Shown piece after piece: positions 57,760 through 64,000 of a DNA stretch of 64,000 bases. Each line of letters starts with the position of its first letter. Positions within the stretch are counted from its first letter, which is position 1. The stretch is from Planctomycetota bacterium (GTDB lineage Bacteria > Planctomycetota > GCA-002687715 > CAIWVZ01), in assembly GCA_044222185.1 (NCBI GenBank), contig JBGANV010000005.1, positions 64,001 through 128,000 on the forward strand, written 5' to 3'. The translations under genes were made by a program, and so were the position numbers. The notes under the pieces are model-generated. The model was given only the letters and a program-made list of their open reading frames with translations. It made no database searches and was not told where the DNA came from.

Positions 57760-58230
57760 TCACATGTAGGGCATCTTCGGGACACGGCCCAGCATGCGCG
57801 CGTACACCGTGAGCGCGCCGCGATGGTGCGCCAGGTGGTCGGTCATCGCCGAGAGGATCGAGCTTCGCGGCTCGCCGGCCATGAGCGTGCCCTTGATCGG
57901 CTTTCGCCACTCTGCCGCCGAGTGGGTCTCGAACGCCTTCGCGGCCTCGCCGATCGCGCGCGCGAGCCAGGCCTTCGCCTTCTTGAGCGACGTGACCTTC
58001 GCGACGATTGCCGCGTCCTCCTCGAAGTTCATCGACATGCCGTCCGGCGAGAACGCGCCAGCGACGAACCAGTCGATCGCCTGCGCCGAGTGAGCCACGT
58101 GTTGCGCGATGGTCATCATCTCGGGCTTGGGGGCGAAGCCCGAATCCGCTTCCGTCAGGCATGCGGTCGAGCGATCGAAGAACTTCTTGAGCTCCTTGAC
58201 TTGTTCACTATTCGTCGGGGCCTTGGCCAT
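57760..58230 (-). CDS. DinB family protein
   Basis: AQHVAH, DHLAHHRG, VYARMLGRVP. Confidence 0.88.
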   Translation of the reverse strand: MAKAPTNSEQVKELKKFFDRSTACLTEADSGFAPKPEMMTIAQHVAHSAQAIDWFVAGAFSPDGMSMNFEEDAAIVAKVTSLKKAKAWLARAIGEAAKAFETHSAAEWRKPIKGTLMAGEPRSSILSAMTDHLAHHRGALTVYARMLGRVPKMPYM

Positions 58231-58365
58231 GGGATCCTCGGTGCAATGGGATTCTGGGAGGGGTCGGACGGGAGGTCGAACCCTATCGCACCGGGGGGAC
58301 GCCGGCGAGTTTCGCCTGGCGCCCGGGGCCGCCGCACCGCGCGGGGCGGTGCGGCAAGAGACGCC

Positions 58366-59544
58366 TCAGAAGCCGAGGCGCAAGCGCTGGGCGTTCGAAA
58401 GAACGAGCCCGAGGGCGCTGTTTTCGTCGAACACGAGCCACTGCGACGCCACGAGGAATCCCTCGAGGGCGGGGACGTTCGGCACCTGGAAGACCAGGTT
58501 CGACGTGCCGAAGGCGGACGTCGTCACCGGAAACGAGATGAACGTCAGCGGGTCGATCCAGGCCTGGCACGGTGACACGACGAACGGCGCCGACAGCGGG
58601 GCGGAGATCAGGAGCGCGGCCGATGCGTTGTGTTTGGCGTTCGCCAGGACGGCTGAGAACGGAGCACCACCGATGATCGGCAGGGCGCCGCCCACGAAGC
58701 ACTGAGGCGTTCCGAACGATCCGGGACACCCACCGCCGAGGTTCGTCACCGCGGCGTGCGTCTTGTAGAAGAACGCATTCGGGAGGGACGCCACCCCCAG
58801 CGAGTTCGAGATCACGGGCGTCGCGAAGCCCGCGGCATGGGGCGGCGTTCGGCACGTGAGCGTCTGATCGTTGATCCGGGTCACGTCCGTCGCCGGAACA
58901 CCGCTGAAGGTCACCGTCGTGCCGGTGATCAGTGACAGCCCGCTGATCGTCACGGTGAGGCCGCCGTCGATGTCGCCTTCGCCGGGCGTGATGCTGAACG
59001 CCGTGACGGGCGGCCCGGACGGACACGCGTACTGGTACGCCGACACAGCCGTCTTCGCCCCGAACAGCGTCGTCACCTGGAGGTCGCACCCGCCCGGCGG
59101 TCCCGGTGGCGTGAGCGCGATCATCTCGGTGTTGCTGACCACGGTCGGGTGGAACGGCGGCGCCGTGCCGATCCGCACCAGGGTCGTCGCGCCGGTCCCG
59201 AACTCGTTGAAGTTGAAGCCCAGGATGCGCACCAGTTCGCCGCCTGCGCACGAGCCGCCCGGCGGCGTCACCGCGATGACCTGCGGACCTGTCGGGGTGG
59301 CAATGCCGTACCCACCGAGCTGGCCGATCTCGGCATGGAACCCCGGACTGGACGCAGATTCGGTCACGGGAAGCACGGCGAGGGCGGCGATGGCCGACGT
59401 CGACGCCGCAGCACCGCCCGAGACGACGGTGTCGATGAGTTCGAATCGGAAGTTCGCGCTCGACGGGTCCTGGGCGATCGCGGAGCTCGCGATCGCGCAG
59501 GCCGCCAGCACGCAAATGAGGTGTCGATGACGCATGGGGATCAC
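58366..59544 (-). CDS. Secreted protein: short SSANF module + 2 IPT/TIG domains + C-terminal Pro/Gly-rich domain
   Basis: Signal peptide; P..G...GG..V.I.G...TPP units; abuts the collagen gene stop; alternative start 59535. Confidence 0.85.
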   Translation of the reverse strand: MIPMRHRHLICVLAACAIASSAIAQDPSSANFRFELIDTVVSGGAAASTSAIAALAVLPVTESASSPGFHAEIGQLGGYGIATPTGPQVIAVTPPGGSCAGGELVRILGFNFNEFGTGATTLVRIGTAPPFHPTVVSNTEMIALTPPGPPGGCDLQVTTLFGAKTAVSAYQYACPSGPPVTAFSITPGEGDIDGGLTVTISGLSLITGTTVTFSGVPATDVTRINDQTLTCRTPPHAAGFATPVISNSLGVASLPNAFFYKTHAAVTNLGGGCPGSFGTPQCFVGGALPIIGGAPFSAVLANAKHNASAALLISAPLSAPFVVSPCQAWIDPLTFISFPVTTSAFGTSNLVFQVPNVPALEGFLVASQWLVFDENSALGLVLSNAQRLRLGF

Positions 59545-59545
59545 C

Positions 59546-61354
59546 TCAGTTCGACACGGTGGACGACGTCAGGACTCCGACCCAGCGGCTCGACGACGTC
59601 CCGCGGTGGATCTTCAGGTGCGACCACTCGCTGCCCGAATCGCTACCGAGGAAGATGTCGAGGGACACCGTGTCGGACGTGCAGACGGTCGTCGTGGTGT
59701 TCGACGACTGGTTGGCATTGCTGTCGACGACTGACGACGTCGTGTTCAGGACGCGGTCGAGCCGCGTGTACGACCACTGCCCGTCGCTCGTGAGCGTCCT
59801 GATCTCGAGCCCGCCCGCGGCGTCGACCTTCAGCTGGAACTGTCCGTTGTCCAGGATCGTCGTGCCGCTGGTCGTCGTGGTCGCCATGAACTCGCGAACG
59901 ATGATGCCCCGCGTCGGCCCGCCGTCCGCGCTGGTGCGCGACGTGTTCGAGCCGACGAGGATCTTGCCGGCGACGTTCAGGCCCGTATCCGTGTCCTCGG
60001 CTGACGTGGACGCCGACCCGTTGGCCGGCCGGATGCGCGTCGACGACGACGCGACGATCAGCGTCGACGCGAGCTTGGAGCCGGCGATGTCCGCGGTCGC
60101 GCTGACGTGAGAGTTGGTGATGGAGCCCGCGGCGATCTTCGGCGCCGTGACGGCGTCGTCCTGGATCTTCTGCGTCGAGACGGCGTCGGCGGCGAGGTCG
60201 ACTGCGGCGAGGGTGCCATCGAGGACGGCGCTCGAGGTGATGACGTCGGGATCGATCGTCGTGTTGATGGTGACGGCGTTGGGGCCTGTCGGGCCGATCG
60301 GGCCGGTGTCGCCCGTGGGACCCGTCGGGCCTGCAGGGCCGGCCGCGCCCGTCGCGCCGGCGGCACCATCAGAGCCGGCGGGGCCCGTTGGACCGGTCGG
60401 ACCCGTTGCGCCGGTCGCGCCCGTGGCACCGTCGGCGCCCGCAGGGCCGGTGGGACCGGTGGGGCCAACCGCGCCGGTCGCACCCGTGGCGCCGGTCGCG
60501 CCATCAGCGCCGGCAGGGCCGGTCGGACCCGTCGGGCCAACTGCACCCGTCGCGCCGGTCGGACCCGTCGCGCCGGTCGCACCGGCCGCGCCATCCGCGC
60601 CGGCAGGGCCGGTCGGACCCGTGGGACCCGTCAAGCCGGTGGACCCGGTCGGGCCCGTCGGGCCGACAGCCCCCGTCGCGCCGGTCGGACCCGTCGCGCC
60701 GGTCGCACCGGCCGCGCCATCCGCGCCGGCAGGGCCAGTCGGACCCGTGGGACCCGTCAAGCCGGTGGCGCCAGCCGGACCGGTCGGGCCAACTGCGCCG
60801 GTCGCACCGGTCGCACCCGTCGGGCCTGTGGCACCGGTCGCGCCAGTGGGACCGGTCGGACCCACGAGGCCGGTCGGACTCCCGACCCAGTGCCCCGTGC
60901 CGTCGATCACGACCAGACCGTTGATGGACAGGGCGCTCGGGTTGATCGCCTCCCCCGTGACGTCGGACGCGTGAGTCGCGAACGATGCGCGAGGGACGGT
61001 GGCGAGTTTCATCCGTGGGGCCATCTCCGGGTCGCCGGCAACGGTCAGCCCGAGCCAGCGATCGCTTCCGCTGGAGAAGAGGTTTGCCGGGAATGGAACG
61101 ATCGTCCCGAGATCCGTCGTGAAGAGCCCGCCGACGACGTTCACCGTGCGCGTCTCCGTCCACAGGAGCGTCGACGGATTCGTCGCGGCGTCGTAGATCT
61201 TGAACGTCGTGGACGTAGGTGCATTCAGCGGCGTACCGCCGCCGTTCGTCAGCCTCCCCTGGATGCGCATGGGCGCCTGGGAAAGGAGTGAACCGCACAG
61301 CCCGATGATGGCTGCCATGACGCCAAGCCGTGAAACGAGGGGATGAGTCCGCAT
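59546..61354 (-). CDS. Secreted collagen-like surface/fibre protein
   Basis: Signal peptide; QGRLT...LWTET...GLFTTDLG...PRMKL N-terminal module; 66 consecutive Gly-X-Y triplets; AVTxxKI spacer repeats. Confidence 0.9.
   Translation of the reverse strand: MRTHPLVSRLGVMAAIIGLCGSLLSQAPMRIQGRLTNGGGTPLNAPTSTTFKIYDAATNPSTLLWTETRTVNVVGGLFTTDLGTIVPFPANLFSSGSDRWLGLTVAGDPEMAPRMKLATVPRASFATHASDVTGEAINPSALSINGLVVIDGTGHWVGSPTGLVGPTGPTGATGATGPTGATGATGAVGPTGPAGATGLTGPTGPTGPAGADGAAGATGATGPTGATGAVGPTGPTGSTGLTGPTGPTGPAGADGAAGATGATGPTGATGAVGPTGPTGPAGADGATGATGATGAVGPTGPTGPAGADGATGATGATGPTGPTGPAGSDGAAGATGAAGPAGPTGPTGDTGPIGPTGPNAVTINTTIDPDVITSSAVLDGTLAAVDLAADAVSTQKIQDDAVTAPKIAAGSITNSHVSATADIAGSKLASTLIVASSSTRIRPANGSASTSAEDTDTGLNVAGKILVGSNTSRTSADGGPTRGIIVREFMATTTTSGTTILDNGQFQLKVDAAGGLEIRTLTSDGQWSYTRLDRVLNTTSSVVDSNANQSSNTTTTVCTSDTVSLDIFLGSDSGSEWSHLKIHRGTSSSRWVGVLTSSTVSN
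60278..60871 (-). repeat. Gly-X-Y (mostly GPT/GAT) 9-bp repeat tract
   Basis: 66 uninterrupted triplets from GLV to GPN, with internal near-duplicated blocks. Confidence 0.95.
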
Positions 61355-61456
61355 GTCGAGCTCCTCACGAGCGACGTGGTGATGAAAAAAATCGAGTTGT
61401 TCGAGGGATGTCGAGCTGACGCGACCGGCTCTACGTACTCCGGCCGCGCAGCCTGG

Positions 61457-61477
61457 CGCTGACCCGGCGGGTCAGCG
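61457..61477 (-). terminator. GC-rich hairpin downstream of the ASPIC/UnbV gene
   Basis: cgctgaccc-ggc-gggtcagcg just after the stop at 61483; no U-tract. Confidence 0.35.
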
Positions 61478-61482
61478 AGCGA

Positions 61483-63366
61483 TCACGGAAGAACGATCGT
61501 CCGCGGTCCGATGATCGACGCGACGCCGGAGGGCGCCGTCGCATTGAACGTGACCGCTGCGGAGTGACAGGTGAACCCGGTCAACCCCGTCGGGAACCAG
61601 AACGCACCCATTCGCTGCCCGGCGCCGTCGAGCACGCCGAACGGTTGATTGGAGCCGAGCGTGTTGGCAGGCGAAAGGCAGAAGTCCAGCAGCCAGTCGA
61701 ATGCCAGCGGAACCGTGCGGCCGTCACCGAGCGGGATGCCGGGCGACGTCGCCGTCGACAGGGCGATCACGTAGCTCGCCGTCGGCTCGCTGGGAACCGA
61801 CAGCGTCCACGGGAAGTTGCCGGTCGCTTCCTGCCCTCCCATGACCATCGACGGTTCGGTGATCGTGAGTGACTGATCCACCGAGACGTTGGTCAAGGTC
61901 TGAACGACGCCCGACGGCCACGTGACCTCGAGCGAGTTGATCAGAGTGTTCGTGCCGAGTCCGAAGTGGACGATTGGCTCGCAGCTCACGAGGAACCCCT
62001 GCCCTGACTTCATCCAATTCGTACGCGTCGTGCCGTCCGCCGTCGTGGTGACGCGGACGCGCGCGCCGATACCCAGGCGATTCGACACCGTGCCGACGAG
62101 GTGGATCTTGAGCCAGTGGTTTGCGTTGAACCCCGGGTTGATCATCATGCACGACGCACGCCAGAGTTCAGGCTCGAGGATGTCCAGGCATCCATCGTTG
62201 TTGAAATCGCCGAAGCCAGCCGAGACGTCTGGTCCGGCGTACGTGAAGCCGCATGCCGGCCCCATGTTGACCCAGGGCAGCGTCGGCGTGTTCTTCATGA
62301 GGCCACACGGTCCGCCCATGTGCTTGAAGAACGCGTCCTGACGGCCGTCGTTGTCGTAGTCGATGTAGAAGCACGCCCAGCCGATCTCGGTCTGACGCGT
62401 TCCATAGGGGATCTCGACCGAGTCGAACACCTGGGTCGACGGATTCCACAGGAACATGGCGTGCCCGTCCGTCGTCGGGTTGCCCATCATGTTCCCCATG
62501 GCGATGTTCGTGTTGGAGATGATCACGGCCATGCGGCCGTCGTTGTTCACGTCGGCGAAGTCGACGCCCATGGCCTGCATGTGGCGATCCATGCCGAGGG
62601 CGGGCGCGACGTCCGTGAACGTCCCATCGTGGTTGTTGCGGAACACCTTGTTCGGCAGATACGTCGGGACGAACGCGTTGTCCGCCGTGGAGAGGATGTC
62701 CGGCCATCCATCCGAGTCGTAGTCGAAGCTCGTTGCAGCGAAGGTCAGGGAGCCGTGCGCCGTGCCTGACTCCGTCGTCACGTCGGTGAAGGTGCCGTCG
62801 TGGTTGTTGTGGAACAGGTGGTTGTTCGCCGCGGCCTCCGGCATGGGACGCGTGCAGCTGTAGAGGTCCAGATATCCATCGCGGTCGTAGTCGAGCCACA
62901 GTGCCTGGAAGCTGTCGCCCGAGATGGCGACGCCGGCTTGCGGCGCGACGTCCACGAACGCCATGGGGCCGACTCCGCGGAACAGCTGGTTGGGGGTTCC
63001 CTGGTTGCTGACGTAGATGTCGAGATAGCCGTCGTTGTCGAAGTCGCCGACGACCATCGACTTGGCGTGTGAGCATGTGCCCATGCCCGTCGCCACGATG
63101 GGGACGAACCCAATCCCCGGTCCCAGATTCAGGAACGGCATGTAGGGCGTCCCGGGAGCGCCGGGGATGATCACGTCCACGAGGCCGTCACCGTTGAAGT
63201 CGGCGATGGCGGCACCGCGGCCGAGGTTGGTCGTGCCGACGACTGCCGGCATGGACACGCCCCACGACGTCGCTTGATCGACGAACGCCTGGGCGACGGC
63301 GGCGGCATTCCCGACGAGGACGACGGCTGCAACGAGTCGCAGCCACGACGATCCATGCTGTTTCAT
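61483..63366 (-). CDS. Secreted CRTAC1-like FG-GAP + ASPIC/UnbV protein with C-terminal Pro/Gly-rich domain
   Basis: DFNGDG/DYDRDG repeats; SNRLGIGARV, HFGLG, VTWPSG. Confidence 0.92.
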   Translation of the reverse strand: MKQHGSSWLRLVAAVVLVGNAAAVAQAFVDQATSWGVSMPAVVGTTNLGRGAAIADFNGDGLVDVIIPGAPGTPYMPFLNLGPGIGFVPIVATGMGTCSHAKSMVVGDFDNDGYLDIYVSNQGTPNQLFRGVGPMAFVDVAPQAGVAISGDSFQALWLDYDRDGYLDLYSCTRPMPEAAANNHLFHNNHDGTFTDVTTESGTAHGSLTFAATSFDYDSDGWPDILSTADNAFVPTYLPNKVFRNNHDGTFTDVAPALGMDRHMQAMGVDFADVNNDGRMAVIISNTNIAMGNMMGNPTTDGHAMFLWNPSTQVFDSVEIPYGTRQTEIGWACFYIDYDNDGRQDAFFKHMGGPCGLMKNTPTLPWVNMGPACGFTYAGPDVSAGFGDFNNDGCLDILEPELWRASCMMINPGFNANHWLKIHLVGTVSNRLGIGARVRVTTTADGTTRTNWMKSGQGFLVSCEPIVHFGLGTNTLINSLEVTWPSGVVQTLTNVSVDQSLTITEPSMVMGGQEATGNFPWTLSVPSEPTASYVIALSTATSPGIPLGDGRTVPLAFDWLLDFCLSPANTLGSNQPFGVLDGAGQRMGAFWFPTGLTGFTCHSAAVTFNATAPSGVASIIGPRTIVLP

Positions 63367-63643
63367 GTGAACGACTCTCGACGGGTCGCGACCTGCCAGT
63401 TCGACGCGCGTTCATGCCGCGGCATGCGGACCTGACTGCAACGCTGGATGACCTGGCTCGACGCGGCCGGAACCTGTGGGAAAAAGCCCGCGCAGTATAC
63501 CGGCGCCTCGTCGGGACTCGACACGTTGTCGGAGAAACGAGCCGGCGGCCTCCGAACACCCCGTTTCACCGTCGTCGGGAGTATGGATGCCGTGAACTCC
63601 GCGCTTACACCTTGGCCTGGAACGGTTTATTCGGACCTGCCGC

Positions 63644-64000
63644 TCAGGTCCGGGAGCCGGGCTTCGCCGCGTATTCACCGCTCCCGCGGAAGAGCCGCGT
63701 CGTGACGGAAAGCACGAGCGCGCGCGGAAGGTTCCGGGCCAGCCAGGAAACGAGGCGGTTTCCCAGCCCGGCGACGACGACCCCCGATCCGTCGAGGACG
63801 GCTCGCATTCCGATGTCCGCGACCTCGTCGGCCGACATGGATGGGAACTTCATCAGGTGCCTGCCGAGACGCGCGACGCCGTGAAACTCAGTGTCCGTCA
63901 TGCCAGGGCAGAGACAGATCACGTTCACCGCCGGTGCCAGCTCCACCCGCAGCGCTTCGCTGAAACTCAGCACGAAGGCCTTCGTGGCGGCGTAGGGACC
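63644..64000 (-). CDS. Short-chain dehydrogenase/reductase, partial (5' end outside window)
   Basis: YAATKAFVLSFSEAL (YxxxK), CPGMTDTEF. Confidence 0.9.
   Translation of the reverse strand, partial: GPYAATKAFVLSFSEALRVELAPAVNVICLCPGMTDTEFHGVARLGRHLMKFPSMSADEVADIGMRAVLDGSGVVVAGLGNRLVSWLARNLPRALVLSVTTRLFRGSGEYAAKPGSRT

Noticed and set aside
60114-60974. Plus-strand PVGPVAP repeat ORF, or a CRISPR-like array
   Set aside because: Antisense of the collagen tract; 9-bp codon-level periodicity without unique spacers

Overview
High-GC bacterial window, most likely Planctomycetota (inferred from multiple Ser/Thr kinase/ECF sigma pairs, FGE-sulfatase-domain kinases, and FG-GAP/IPT secreted proteins). 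Left part (1-19 kb): tail of a probable DUF692/MNIO (bufferin-like) cluster (DUF2063-like, DoxX) plus an ECF/zf-HC2 pair, a degenerate PurM paralog, an M1 peptidase, a minus-strand GT2-GT2-kinase-kinase-GT4-serA-serB-aminotransferase run, GH127, Nudix and ppk1. Middle (about 19.1-50.6 kb): an IS-scarred accessory signalling region. It holds three membrane Ser/Thr kinases sharing an N-terminal helical module (two end in FGE-sulfatase/C-type-lectin-fold domains), three ECF sigma factors without anti-sigma genes, and exported cargo. The cargo includes a vitellogenin/MTP-like lipid-transfer-module protein with a small secreted partner, an FGE + CxxC-less thioredoxin-like + FKBP fusion, an IPT/TIG protein, an alpha/beta hydrolase with an orphan C-terminal paralog, and a matrixin/FG-GAP protein. 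Right part: OPT transporter, DUF4388, prenyltransferase-repeat protein, murQ, DinB, IPT protein, collagen-like protein, ASPIC/UnbV protein and a partial SDR. Five secreted proteins plus one orphan fragment appear to share a C-terminal Pro/Gly-rich beta domain, a candidate sorting/anchor domain. I found no rRNA, tRNA, CRISPR array or reverse transcriptase. All family calls are by-eye motif recognition, not database searches.
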